Assembly (NCBI GenBank): GCA_018883805.1 | Contig: JAHLFK010000007.1 | Span: 2,448 to 66,447 of the forward strand | Direction of reading: 5' to 3' | Length of the DNA stretch: 64,000 nt | DNA from: Candidatus Limosilactobacillus merdavium | GTDB taxonomy: Bacteria > Bacillota > Bacilli > Lactobacillales > Lactobacillaceae | Translations under genes and position numbers: made by a program | Notes under the pieces: generated by a model | What the model was told of the DNA's origin: nothing | The model's database searches: none | Seen by the model: the letters and a program-made list of their open reading frames with translations, nothing else | Shown: positions 1 through 9,775 of the stretch, piece after piece | Position numbering within the stretch: position 1 is the stretch's first letter | How the letters are laid out: every line of letters starts with the position of its first letter

Positions 1-34
1 AGTATTCAAAGACGAATACTAGGGATCTTTTTTA
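1..34. terminator. Partial intrinsic terminator hairpin at window edge, downstream of mscL
   Basis: AGTATTC-aaagac-GAATACT followed by AGGGATC and a T-tract; the left arm is probably cut by the window edge. Confidence 0.5.
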
Positions 35-56
35 TTGCTAAATTTAAGTGTTAACC

Positions 57-443
57 CTAAAGTTCTTTATCACTTTCTACCTTATTTTTTAGCAGTGCAG
101 TAATTTCTTCCAAGTATTGAGCTTCTTCACTTCTTTTTGGTTGTTCTTCATCTTTTTTATTCCGGAAACGGTTAATTACTTTAACAATCAGAAAAACAAC
201 AAAAGAAATAATCAGAAAGTTAATTACGGAATTTAAAAAACTACCGTACTTAAATTGAGCACTTCCGACTGTCCAAATAAGGTTAGAAAGATCAATTTTA
301 CCAATGAATAAACCGATTAGTGGATTGATTAAATTATCAACTAATGATTTTACAATCGATGTAAACGCAGCACCAACAATAATTCCGACTGCCATATCGA
401 TTACATTTCCCCGAGCAATAAATTCCTTAAATTCTTTTATCAT
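57..443 (-). CDS. mscL: Large-conductance mechanosensitive channel
   Basis: MIKEFKEFIARGNVIDMAVGIIVGAAFTSIVKSLV signature; ATG at 443 follows a GGAGG RBS. Confidence 0.97.
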   Translation of the reverse strand: MIKEFKEFIARGNVIDMAVGIIVGAAFTSIVKSLVDNLINPLIGLFIGKIDLSNLIWTVGSAQFKYGSFLNSVINFLIISFVVFLIVKVINRFRNKKDEEQPKRSEEAQYLEEITALLKNKVESDKEL

Positions 444-550
444 GGTTACCTCCTTTATGTGGCATTGTTGCATAATTTGATTTTACCAAATAACAATATT
501 CTGACGGAGAAGTCAGCAAGTAATTTAATAAAAACTATATATATTATATA

Positions 551-579
551 TTGCAATATTATATCTAATATAATATGAT
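551..579 (+). promoter_or_regulatory. Sigma-A promoter of padR operon with a palindromic operator in the spacer
   Basis: TTGCAA(551-556)-17bp-TATGAT(574-579); inverted repeat TATTATAT-cta-ATATAATA at 557-575. Confidence 0.55.
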
Positions 580-603
580 GAAGTAAATAAGGAGGACGAT
601 AAC

Positions 604-924
604 ATGAAAATTCAAATAACAGCTGAACTCCTTGATGGGCTGGTGTTAGCGATCCTTAAACAAGATGATTATTATGGATACGCGCTAACCCAGAAAGTCC
701 GAAATGTAATTGATGTCTCGGAATCAACGATGTATCCGGTACTTCGCCGTTTGAAAAAGAATGGTGACTTAACAACTTATGATGAACCATTTCAGGGACG
801 AAATCGTCGTTACTATCAAATAACTAAAGTAGGCGAACAACGACTACAGGAAATTTTGGGTATTTGGGAGAAATACAAGCAAAACCTAGATCAAATTTTT
901 TATCAGAAGGGTGGGGAAAAATAA
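604..924 (+). CDS. PadR-family transcriptional regulator
   Basis: YGYAL...SESTMYPVLRRL...GRNRRYYQIT winged-HTH motifs; GGAGG RBS. Confidence 0.93.
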   Translation: MKIQITAELLDGLVLAILKQDDYYGYALTQKVRNVIDVSESTMYPVLRRLKKNGDLTTYDEPFQGRNRRYYQITKVGEQRLQEILGIWEKYKQNLDQIFYQKGGEK

Positions 925-1559
925 TGGATGCTCGACAAAAATACCTTGCAGAACTTGAAAAATATTTGGCACCGCTAACCGTTGATGATAAAGATGATGC
1001 CTTGGATTTTTATGATGAATATATTGAAGATGCAGGCTATCAAAACTATGAACAAATTACTGCGGAATTAGGAACACCTCGACAACTAAGCCGCAAGATC
1101 CTAACTGATTATTCGATCAAAGAAAACGATCAGGAAAGGAGAGATGGTCATACAGCATCGACTAAGTCTAACTGGCGAGTATTTTGGTTAGTAGTGATTG
1201 CTATTGTTACTTCTCCGCTGACATTTGCGCTAAGCCTTGGGGCACTTGTTATCTTGTTGGCAGCGTTAGTAGCCGTTTTTGGAGTCGGTATTGGAATCTT
1301 GGCAGCAATTTTCGGCCTCTTTGTTTCCGCTGCAGTTACTATTTATGTGGGAATTGGAGTGATAGCTGCTTCGCCAATGACAGGTCTCTTTTATCTTGGC
1401 GCAGGAATAACGATTTTGGGAGTCCTGTTAGTTTGTGTTCCTCTTGGATACTGGATCATTCGTTGGCTAGCTCAAGCAATTGCTAATCTTTCAAAGTGGA
1501 TTTACCAAAAGCTCATTCAAAGGAGGGTAAAGCAACATGAAAAGAATGTTCAAAATTAG
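924..1559 (+). CDS. DUF1700-type membrane protein
   Basis: N-terminal YLAELEKYL..DALDFYDEY..ELGTP motif followed by hydrophobic helices; TAATG overlap with the padR stop. Confidence 0.85.
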   Translation: MDARQKYLAELEKYLAPLTVDDKDDALDFYDEYIEDAGYQNYEQITAELGTPRQLSRKILTDYSIKENDQERRDGHTASTKSNWRVFWLVVIAIVTSPLTFALSLGALVILLAALVAVFGVGIGILAAIFGLFVSAAVTIYVGIGVIAASPMTGLFYLGAGITILGVLLVCVPLGYWIIRWLAQAIANLSKWIYQKLIQRRVKQHEKNVQN

Positions 1560-2301
1560 TTTAGTGATTCTTTTAATCGGTCTTATTCTGATGGGGATAG
1601 GGTTTGCAGGCCATGGAATGAAAAATATTCAGCTGAATGGTGGGGTTCCGGTCATTGAACATTCAACGACTAAGAAGCTGAGTACCAAGAGCTTTAGCGA
1701 GCTTGATGTCCAAACGGGAAGTCCTAATGTTGTAATAAAAGCAGGGAAAAAGTACTCTATTGAATATCAAGGAAGTAATTCGCGGGTACCTAAAGTTAAG
1801 ATAAGCGGTGACAAGGCTACGATTAAACAACAAGAAAATTATAATGGCATTTCTCTTACTCGAGACGGTGACGATGATACCATTATTATCACTGTGCCAA
1901 AGAGCCAAAAATTAACAGGTAAGATTGACGTAACAGATGGTGATTTAAGCATTTCTGGTGTTGATTTAACTGATCTAGATGTGAATGCTGCTGACGGTGA
2001 TGTTGTTTATAATCATTTGACAATTCATGGTGGTCAGACAACGCTAGGGGATGGCGACTTCACTAGTCATAATGTTATTTTCAAAGGACATTACTCAATT
2101 AAAAACACTGATGGTGACAATAAAGTGATCGGATCGCATGCAGACGGCTTTATCCTCCAGACAACTGATGGTGATAATAAGCTTGATGGTGTTGATCATG
2201 GCGAAGAAGATTTGCAGAAGAATCCTTCAGCAACTAACCTTCTTCAGTTAAGAACAACTGATGGCGATAATTCAGTTATTAATATCAAGGCTGTCCAATA
2301 A
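1537..2301 (+). CDS. DUF4097-type beta-strand repeat protein with N-terminal membrane anchor
   Basis: Hydrophobic N-terminus; repeated xxDGD motifs; typical third gene of padR-DUF1700-DUF4097 operons. Confidence 0.8.
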   Translation: MKRMFKISLVILLIGLILMGIGFAGHGMKNIQLNGGVPVIEHSTTKKLSTKSFSELDVQTGSPNVVIKAGKKYSIEYQGSNSRVPKVKISGDKATIKQQENYNGISLTRDGDDDTIIITVPKSQKLTGKIDVTDGDLSISGVDLTDLDVNAADGDVVYNHLTIHGGQTTLGDGDFTSHNVIFKGHYSIKNTDGDNKVIGSHADGFILQTTDGDNKLDGVDHGEEDLQKNPSATNLLQLRTTDGDNSVINIKAVQ

Positions 2302-2345
2302 GAAAGGTCAGTTAGTTTGATACTTATATGATGGGAGGTAATCTT

Positions 2346-3233
2346 TTGGAGGTTAAAGAATGTTTGATTCCATTTGGAAAATATAAAACATATTGCCGAA
2401 TTGTAGGGAAGAAAACTAAGCGTCCACCACTAGCTTTATTACATGGTGGACCTGGTTCAACGCATAATTATTTTGAACTCTTAGATAATTTGGCTGAAAG
2501 CTCTGGCCGGCAGCTAATTATGTACGATCAGATTGGCTGTGGTCAGTCCTCGCTCCCTGATAATCATCCCGAGATATACAATGCCAAAACATGGGTATCT
2601 GAGCTCATTAACCTTCGGAAACAGCTCCAGCTCACTAATATTCACCTACTTGGACAATCATGGGGTGGAATGCTAGCGATTATCTATCTTTGTGATTATC
2701 AACCACAGGGGATAAAGAGTTTGATTCTCTCTAGTACCCTTTCTTCTGCTGATTTATGGCAAAGTGAGCTTCATCGTTTGATTAAATATTTGCCGGCAAA
2801 TGAACAAAAAGCGATCCTTAAAGCAGAAAAAACTAACAAGTTTGATCAACCAGAATATCTGCAAGCTAATCAGCATTTTATGGAACTTCACGCATCTGGC
2901 CCTATTACTGCAGAATCACCAGAGCCATTACGTCGTGTCAAAAATGGTGGCGAGAAGGCCTACCTGACCGCTTGGGGGCCAAATGAATATAACCCATTAG
3001 GTAATTTGCGTGACTATGAGTACACGGATCAGCTTAATAAAATAGCTATTCCTTCGTTGGTAATTAACGGGACTGATGATCTCTGTACTCCATTAGATGC
3101 TAAGACGATGTATGATAATATTCCAAATGCAAGTTGGCATCTATTTCAGGGTGCTCGTCATATGGTGTTTGCTGATCAGCCAGAGAAGTATCAACAATTA
3201 TTAACTAAGTGGTTATTGAACCACGATAACTAA
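2346..3233 (+). CDS. pepI: Proline iminopeptidase (alpha/beta hydrolase)
   Basis: LHGGPG and GQSWGG motifs; probable TTG start 7 nt after GGAGG. Confidence 0.88.
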   Translation: MEVKECLIPFGKYKTYCRIVGKKTKRPPLALLHGGPGSTHNYFELLDNLAESSGRQLIMYDQIGCGQSSLPDNHPEIYNAKTWVSELINLRKQLQLTNIHLLGQSWGGMLAIIYLCDYQPQGIKSLILSSTLSSADLWQSELHRLIKYLPANEQKAILKAEKTNKFDQPEYLQANQHFMELHASGPITAESPEPLRRVKNGGEKAYLTAWGPNEYNPLGNLRDYEYTDQLNKIAIPSLVINGTDDLCTPLDAKTMYDNIPNASWHLFQGARHMVFADQPEKYQQLLTKWLLNHDN

Positions 3234-3274
3234 AAAAACCAGAAATATTCAAAAGCGAATATCTCTGGTTTTTT
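3233..3274. terminator. Bidirectional terminator between pepI and adhE
   Basis: AAAAAACCAGA-aATATTC..GAATATc-TCTGGTTTTTT. Confidence 0.8.
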
Positions 3275-3326
3275 AGACTATGTCGAAATTTATTAATTGT
3301 TATTTAGGAGTTTTTATTAAGAGTTA

Positions 3327-5957
3327 CTAGTCTTCTTCAACACCAGTACCATCGTAGCAACGTTCAAGGAGTTCTTTGAGTTGGCTTACCAATGGTTCAA
3401 CTGGGTTAGTTGTAGTACATTGATCTTCGTATGCAAGGACTGCCAATTGATCAACAACCTTGTCGAAGTCTTCACGGCTAACACCGTTTTCCTTCAAGCT
3501 TAACTTAACACCACACTTGTGAGCAAGTTCGATAACTTTCTTAGCGTATGCTTCAGCTAATTCTTCATCAGAGTTACCTTGGAGACCAATGAAGCGAGCA
3601 ATATCAGCATAGTCCTTAGTTGCGTGGAAAGTTTCGTAGTGAGGCCAGAGAGCAAGCTTTTGTGGACGCTTAGCATTAAACCGGATAACTTGTGGCAAAG
3701 CAATGGCAATCAGTAAACCGTGAGGAAGACCGAATGCTCCACCCATCTTGTGGGCAAGAGAGTGGTTAATTCCCAAGAATGCTTGACCGAATGCCATACC
3801 AGCCATTGTTGAGAAGTCGTGCATCTTACGACGAGCGAGCTTGTCACCCTTTACAGAGTTAGGAAGGTATTCCATAACCCCTTTAATTGTTTGGAGAGAC
3901 CAACCACGAGTGTAATCAGTTGCCATTACTGAAACGTATGATTCAGTAGCGTGACAAAGGACGTCCAAACCCGTGTAAGCAGTGGTCTTGGGAGGAACAG
4001 TTTCAACGAATTGTGAGTCGACAATGGCAATATTTGGAGTTAATGCGTAGTCGGCAAGAGGGTACTTAACATGAGTTTCAGAATCAGTAATAACGGCGAA
4101 TGGTGTAACTTCTGAACCAGTACCTGAAGTAGTTGGGATACCAATCAATTGTGACTTAGTAGGCTTCTTGATTTGGTAAGCACGCTTACGAATATCAAGG
4201 TACTTTTGCATAACACCGTACCATGAAGTTTCTGGGTGTTCATAGAACATCCACATTGCTTTGGCAGCATCCATTGGAGAACCACCACCAAGAGCAATAA
4301 TTGTGTCAGGCTTGAAGTCGTTCATCATTGCGACACCTTTTTCAACGGTGTTAGTTGATGGATCTTCTTCAACATCATCGAATACTAAGAAAGCAGTTTC
4401 GTTTTGACGAAGACGTAATTCATCAATTACTCGTTGAACGTAACCCCGCTTGCTCATTCCCGGACCAGTAACGATGAAAGCACGGTCGATATTAGGAATG
4501 TCGCGTAATTCTTTTAGTGAGTTTCGTTGAAAGTATACTTTTGGGGGAATCTTAACCCATTGACGGTTTTCACGACGCTTAGCGATAACCTTGATGTTCA
4601 AGAGGTCCCAGTCGGTAACGTTATGAGAAACTGAGTTACCACCGTATGAACCAGTACCTAAAGTAAGGGATGGAGTCATGTTGTTGTAGATGTTACCGAT
4701 ACCACCGATACCAGATGGTGAGTTAACGATAATCCGTGAAGCACGCATTTCAAGACCGTACTTAGTTGCAAGATCATCATCAAGAGTGTGGATAGCAGCA
4801 GTATGACCTTCACCACCGTAGTGAAGTAATTCGCGACAAATATCAAATGCATTTTCGTGTGAAGTTGCCCGGTACATAGTCAATACTGGGGAAAGCTTTT
4901 CAGCTGAAAGTGGGTAATCATCACCAACACCATCGTATTCTGCAATGATAACTTTGGTATGTTCAGGAACGTTCTTCAAACCACACATATCAGCAATAGC
5001 ATTTGCAGAACGACCAGCGATTGGACCACGAACTTGGTGACGCTTAGTATCAATAAAGCCTTCAGTAAATGTGTCTAATTCGTCTGGCTTAACAAAGTAA
5101 CAGTTCCACTTTGCGAATTCTTCTTTAACTTGGTCGTAGATTTCATCATCAACAACAACAGAGTTTTCTGTAGCACAAATCATACCATTATCGAAAGTCT
5201 TGGATAATACGATATCGTATACAGAACGAGCAATGTTAGCAGTTTTTTCGATGTAAGCAGGACCGTTACCAGGACCAACACCCAATGCAGGGTTACCAGA
5301 ACTGTAGGCAGCCTTAACTAATGATGGACCACCAGTTGCAAGAATTGTCGCAATGTTAGGGTGGCGAAGCAATGCATTAGTAGCTTCAAGACTACATTGA
5401 GGAATCCATTGAATCATGTCCTTTGGTGCCCCAGCCTTTTCTGCTGCTTCTTGAAGAATCTTAGCAGTCTTAATAGATGACTTTAAGGCTTGTGGGTGGA
5501 AGGAGAAGATGATAGTGTTCCGGGTCTTAGCGGAAATGATTGACTTGAAAATAGTTGTTGAAGTTGGGTTGGTAACAGGAACAACCCCTGCAATAATTCC
5601 AAGTGGATCAGCGATAGTAATAGTTTGATCTTCGTCATCATCTTTAATAATTCCAACTGTCTTGTCATGACGAATGTTGTTCCAAATATATTCACTAGCG
5701 TAAATGTTTTTAATAGCCTTATCTTCGGCAACACCACGACCAGTTTCGTTAGCAGCATCAACCGCTAAGTCCATGTGGTGTTCTTCGGCTGCCAATGCCA
5801 TTGCTTGACAGATCTTATCGACTTGTTCTTGGCTGTAGTAACGTAATTTGTCAAAAGCAACTTGACTACGTTCTACTAAATCATTAATCATTGTTTGAGC
5901 TTCTTGCTCTTTGTTAACTGTAGCTGTAGTTTCATGATTCTTTTTATCTTTAGCCAT
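3327..5957 (-). CDS. adhE: Bifunctional acetaldehyde-CoA/alcohol dehydrogenase
   Basis: ALDH domain (PVTNPTST, DNGMICATE), linker GTGSYGGNS, Fe-ADH domain (GGGSPMD, PTTSGTGSE, HSLAH). Confidence 0.98.
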   Translation of the reverse strand: MAKDKKNHETTATVNKEQEAQTMINDLVERSQVAFDKLRYYSQEQVDKICQAMALAAEEHHMDLAVDAANETGRGVAEDKAIKNIYASEYIWNNIRHDKTVGIIKDDDEDQTITIADPLGIIAGVVPVTNPTSTTIFKSIISAKTRNTIIFSFHPQALKSSIKTAKILQEAAEKAGAPKDMIQWIPQCSLEATNALLRHPNIATILATGGPSLVKAAYSSGNPALGVGPGNGPAYIEKTANIARSVYDIVLSKTFDNGMICATENSVVVDDEIYDQVKEEFAKWNCYFVKPDELDTFTEGFIDTKRHQVRGPIAGRSANAIADMCGLKNVPEHTKVIIAEYDGVGDDYPLSAEKLSPVLTMYRATSHENAFDICRELLHYGGEGHTAAIHTLDDDLATKYGLEMRASRIIVNSPSGIGGIGNIYNNMTPSLTLGTGSYGGNSVSHNVTDWDLLNIKVIAKRRENRQWVKIPPKVYFQRNSLKELRDIPNIDRAFIVTGPGMSKRGYVQRVIDELRLRQNETAFLVFDDVEEDPSTNTVEKGVAMMNDFKPDTIIALGGGSPMDAAKAMWMFYEHPETSWYGVMQKYLDIRKRAYQIKKPTKSQLIGIPTTSGTGSEVTPFAVITDSETHVKYPLADYALTPNIAIVDSQFVETVPPKTTAYTGLDVLCHATESYVSVMATDYTRGWSLQTIKGVMEYLPNSVKGDKLARRKMHDFSTMAGMAFGQAFLGINHSLAHKMGGAFGLPHGLLIAIALPQVIRFNAKRPQKLALWPHYETFHATKDYADIARFIGLQGNSDEELAEAYAKKVIELAHKCGVKLSLKENGVSREDFDKVVDQLAVLAYEDQCTTTNPVEPLVSQLKELLERCYDGTGVEED

Positions 5958-5983
5958 AAGAATAAGCTCCTTTTAATTTTTAA

Positions 5984-6084
5984 TTGTTAACTATTGAACA
6001 TAAATAAATATACTATATTTTGGTGAAAAGTAAATAGTTATGTGATTAGATGAACAATGGTTAAAATAAATTTAAACGCTTACA
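5984..6084 (-). promoter_or_regulatory. Rex-like operators and cre-like site upstream of adhE
   Basis: TTGTTAActatTGAACAT (5984-6001) and ATGTGATtagaTGAACAA (6040-6057) resemble TTGTGAA-N4-TTCACAA; TGTAAGCGTTTAAA (minus strand, 6071-6084) resembles cre. Confidence 0.55.
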
Positions 6085-6270
6085 TTATTGCTACTTCAAT
6101 CACTGATACTACGCAAAAAATATTGGTATTATTTTTAAAAAGCTTCTCACGATAACTACTGATAAAATTTGCTAATCAAATTTATTGAACTTTAATTCAC
6201 AATTAATAACGAAGACGTATGCATGAATAAAATGGCTGATTGTTTCTTAATGAACAGCAAAATTGGTTAT

Positions 6271-6311
6271 AAAAAAGAGGCTGAGAATTAATAACTTAAT
6301 TCCCAACCTCT
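6271..6311 (-). terminator. nrdF terminator
   Basis: AGAGGCTGAGAATTAA..TTAATTCCCAACCTCT hairpin preceded by an A-tract (U-tract on the minus strand). Confidence 0.75.
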
Positions 6312-6327
6312 AATAGTTAAGGTGATA

Positions 6328-7347
6328 TTATTCTTTATCGTTTTTATCCTTTGAAGCATTTGGATCAGCAACATTGTAGTCGTCATCGTTCATGGCTTCA
6401 ACTTCTCCTAGACGGTAACCATTACCAACTTGACTGAAGAAGTCATGGTTGGCAGTTGATGTTGAAATCCCATTCATAACAACAGGGTTAACATCTGAAG
6501 CGGTGTCAGGGAAAAGAGGATCTTGACCAAGGTTCATTAATGCCTTATTGGCGTTGTAACGAATGAAGGTCAAAACATCTTCTGTCCAGCCAACTTGATC
6601 ATAAAGAAGGTGAGTGTACTTTTCTTCATTATCATAAAGTTCATATAGGAAGTTATACATCCAGTCCTTCATATCTTGTTGTTGCTTTTCAGTCCGATCA
6701 TGCATCCCCACTTGGAACTTGTAACCGATGTAAGTTCCGTGAACTGATTCATCACGAAGAATTAACTTAATGATTTCAGCAACATTATTCAACTTATTGT
6801 GTCCCAAGTAATAGAGTGGGGTGTAGAAACCAGAATAGAACAGGAAGGTTTCAAGGAAAACGTTGGCAACCTTCTTCTTTAATGGATCTTCTTCAGGGTC
6901 ACGGTAAATATTAGCAATTTGGACAGCTTTGTTTTGAAGGTATTCTTCAGAATCAGACCAGTCAAAAATTTCATTGATTTCTTCTGGAGTGTTCAATGTT
7001 GAGAAAATAGTAGAGTAACTTTTGGCGTGAACAGATTCCATAAATTGAATGTTGTTCAAAACTGCTGTTTCGTGTTGAGTCTTAACATCTTGCTTCAAAG
7101 CAGTAAGACCAGCTTCAGACTGCACAGTATCGAGCAGGGTTAAACCACCAAAGACGTGTCCAACAGTCCATTGATGATCAGTATCAAGCTCGCGCCAGTC
7201 ATCCAAGTCATTTGAAACAGGGATTCGTGTATCCAGCCAAAATTGTTCAGTTAACTTCTCCCAAGTTGCTTTATCAATCATATCGGAAACTTCATTCCAA
7301 TTGATTGCTTTATATTCTGTTAAAGGTTTATATTCTTCAAGCTTCAT
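6328..7347 (-). CDS. nrdF: Class Ib ribonucleotide reductase beta subunit
   Basis: LTLLDTVQ, FMESVHAKSY, FLETFLFYSGF, RDESVHG metal ligands and radical Tyr; NHDFFSQVGNGY C-terminus. Confidence 0.97.
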   Translation of the reverse strand: MKLEEYKPLTEYKAINWNEVSDMIDKATWEKLTEQFWLDTRIPVSNDLDDWRELDTDHQWTVGHVFGGLTLLDTVQSEAGLTALKQDVKTQHETAVLNNIQFMESVHAKSYSTIFSTLNTPEEINEIFDWSDSEEYLQNKAVQIANIYRDPEEDPLKKKVANVFLETFLFYSGFYTPLYYLGHNKLNNVAEIIKLILRDESVHGTYIGYKFQVGMHDRTEKQQQDMKDWMYNFLYELYDNEEKYTHLLYDQVGWTEDVLTFIRYNANKALMNLGQDPLFPDTASDVNPVVMNGISTSTANHDFFSQVGNGYRLGEVEAMNDDDYNVADPNASKDKNDKE

Positions 7348-7413
7348 TTATTAGGCTCCTTATTCACAATCAAGCACATTTTAGACGTGAATTTAAAAAT
7401 TCATATAATTTTA

Positions 7414-7442
7414 AGTTTAGCAAGCATTGGGTTGAAAATCAA
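7414..7442 (-). promoter_or_regulatory. Putative internal promoter for nrdF
   Basis: TTGATT-17bp-TAAACT with extended TG on the minus strand. Confidence 0.55.
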
Positions 7443-7453
7443 TTTATTATGGG

Positions 7454-9625
7454 TTAGATGACACAGCTTTCACATTGGTTTGCACCAATTTCGTCGTTAT
7501 CATCAGTAAATGTTCGGATATAGTAAATTGACTTAATCCCTTTCTTGTATGCATAGTGCCGAAGAATGTTCAGATCACGAGTAGTCATCTTATTTGTTCG
7601 GCCATTTTTCCATTCATATAAGCCATCAGGCATGGTTGAACGAACGAAAAGAGTTAGTGATAATGATTGGTCAACATGTTGCTGTGCAGCAGCATAGGTG
7701 TCAATTACTGTCCGCATATCCATATCGTAAGCTGAACGGTAGTATGGCATTGTATCGTTAGAAAGGTATGGAGCAGGGTAGTAAATCTTACCAATCATCT
7801 TTTCTTGCCGTTCTTCAATCTTATTAATAATTGGGGTCAAACTTGCAGTTGAATCATTAATGTAAGAGGTTGAACCATTTGGAGCAACAGCAAGACGATA
7901 CTCGTTATAAAGGCCGTCCTTCATAACATTCTTCTTTAATTCTTTCCAGTGATCGATAGTTGGAATTTTAATATCTTTGAAAAGCTTCTTTACAAGATCT
8001 GACTTTGGACCCCAATCCTTAGTCACATATTTTTCAAAGTAAGAACCATCAGCATACTTACTCTTATCGAAGTTGTGGAATGTTTCGTGCCGTTCCTTGG
8101 CAATTTCATTAGATGCGACCAATGACCAATAGTTAAGAAGCATGAAGTAAACGCTAGTAAATTCAACTGCTACTGGACTACCATATTGAATATGATTCTT
8201 TGCTAAATAACCGTGAAGTCCCATGGCACCAAGACCGATTGAATGACTAAGATCATTTCCTTTTTTGATTGAAGGAACAACATCGAGACTTTCAACATCA
8301 CTGATACGAGTAAGTCCACGGACAATTGCGCGAATTGAACGACCAAAATCAGGAGTGCTCATCATGTTAGCAATATTGGTAGAACCAAGGTTACAACTGA
8401 TATCAGTACCTAAAGTTTCATAGGATTGATCATCAGCAACAACAGAAGGCGTTTGTACTTGGGCAATTTCAGAACACAGGTTACTCATTACGATTGTGCC
8501 ATCGATTGGGTTATCACGGTTAACAGTATCAATATTGATGATGTATGGGTAGCCAGATTCTTGTTGAAGCTTACTAATTTCATCTTCTAAATCACGGGCA
8601 TTGAGTTTCTTCTTACGAATTTCGTCGTTAGCCACCATGTTGTCGTACTCTTTAGTGATATCAACATAAGAGAATGGCTTGCCGTAAACTCGTTCAACAT
8701 CATATGGACTGAAGAGGTACATGTCTTCATCTTTCTCAACTAATTCATAAAATTTGTCGGGAACAGTGATCCCAAGTGAAAGAGTCTTGAGCCGGATCTT
8801 TTCATCGGCGTTTTCCTTCTTTGCACCAAGAAATTCAATGATATCTGGATGGAAAACGCTAAGGTAAACAACACCGGCACCTTGACGTTGACCTAATTGG
8901 TTTGAATAAGAGAAACTGTCTTCAAGAAGTTTCATTACAGGAACAACACCACTTGCGGCATTTTCAATCTTCTTGATCGGTGCGCCAGCTTCACGAAGAT
9001 TACTTAAATTTATGCCGACACCACCACCAATTTTAGAAAGCTGAAGGGCAGAATTAATGGTCCGCCCAATAGTATTCATGTTATCAGTTGGTTGAATTGC
9101 AAAACAGGAAACAAATTCACCACGGCGTTTCCGACCAACATTAAGGAAGGTTGGCGTTGCTGGTTGATAGCGTTGATGAATAATCTCATCAGCGAGGATC
9201 ATTGCTAAGGTTTCATCCCCATTTGCTAAGTAAAGGGCATTCATTGCAACCCGGTCGATATAGTTTTCTAAGTAGTATTCCTTGTCGTTAGTCTTTAAAG
9301 CATACTGAGCATAGAACTTGTAAGCAGCCATGAATGAATGAAAATGGAAGTTTTGTTCTTTTAAATAATCGTAGAGCTTTTCAACAAATTCATCGCTGTA
9401 TTTGTTCATAAAGCCTTCTTCAATGTAATCATTTTCTTCTAGCCACTTGTACCGTTCAGTAACTGATGCAAAATGTTTTGTGTTTGGCTTAACGTTATTT
9501 TCAATGAAGTCTTTTAACGCTTCTTGATCCTTATCTAATTGGATCTTGCCATCTTTGGGGATATTTACTTCGTTGTTAAGATCATAGTACTTAACTTTTG
9601 TTAGGTCGATATCAGACAGTGCCAT
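7454..9625 (-). CDS. nrdE: Class Ib ribonucleotide reductase alpha subunit
   Basis: PATPTFLN, VSCF, SNLCSEI, SCNLGS, KSIYYIR and C-terminal CESC; likely start ATG at 9625. Confidence 0.97.
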   Translation of the reverse strand: MALSDIDLTKVKYYDLNNEVNIPKDGKIQLDKDQEALKDFIENNVKPNTKHFASVTERYKWLEENDYIEEGFMNKYSDEFVEKLYDYLKEQNFHFHSFMAAYKFYAQYALKTNDKEYYLENYIDRVAMNALYLANGDETLAMILADEIIHQRYQPATPTFLNVGRKRRGEFVSCFAIQPTDNMNTIGRTINSALQLSKIGGGVGINLSNLREAGAPIKKIENAASGVVPVMKLLEDSFSYSNQLGQRQGAGVVYLSVFHPDIIEFLGAKKENADEKIRLKTLSLGITVPDKFYELVEKDEDMYLFSPYDVERVYGKPFSYVDITKEYDNMVANDEIRKKKLNARDLEDEISKLQQESGYPYIINIDTVNRDNPIDGTIVMSNLCSEIAQVQTPSVVADDQSYETLGTDISCNLGSTNIANMMSTPDFGRSIRAIVRGLTRISDVESLDVVPSIKKGNDLSHSIGLGAMGLHGYLAKNHIQYGSPVAVEFTSVYFMLLNYWSLVASNEIAKERHETFHNFDKSKYADGSYFEKYVTKDWGPKSDLVKKLFKDIKIPTIDHWKELKKNVMKDGLYNEYRLAVAPNGSTSYINDSTASLTPIINKIEERQEKMIGKIYYPAPYLSNDTMPYYRSAYDMDMRTVIDTYAAAQQHVDQSLSLTLFVRSTMPDGLYEWKNGRTNKMTTRDLNILRHYAYKKGIKSIYYIRTFTDDNDEIGANQCESCVI

Positions 9626-9668
9626 GTGAATTCTCTCTTTCTGTAAATATGATTCAAAAAAAGGAAAT

Positions 9669-9763
9669 AAAAAAAGAGGTTGCGATAAAAAACGAATTCT
9701 ATCACTAACCACTTTAAATATTATTCAAATCTCAGGAATAATCAGTGAAACTTGAATACCTCT
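9669..9763 (-). terminator. Structured terminator-like element between nrdH and nrdE
   Basis: Minus strand: TATTCAAGTTTCA/TGAGATTTGAATA hairpin, then GGTT(A)GTGATAGAA/TTTTATCGCAACC hairpin followed by TCTTTTTTT. Confidence 0.55.
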
Positions 9764-9775
9764 GCGATTAGTTCA

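Noticed and set aside
1860-2272. Repeated ACTGATGGTGA / DGD units as a DNA repeat array
   Set aside because: Coding beta-strand repeats typical of DUF4097-type proteins
6328-7347. Metal-free class Ie RNR
   Set aside because: All canonical carboxylate and His ligands are present
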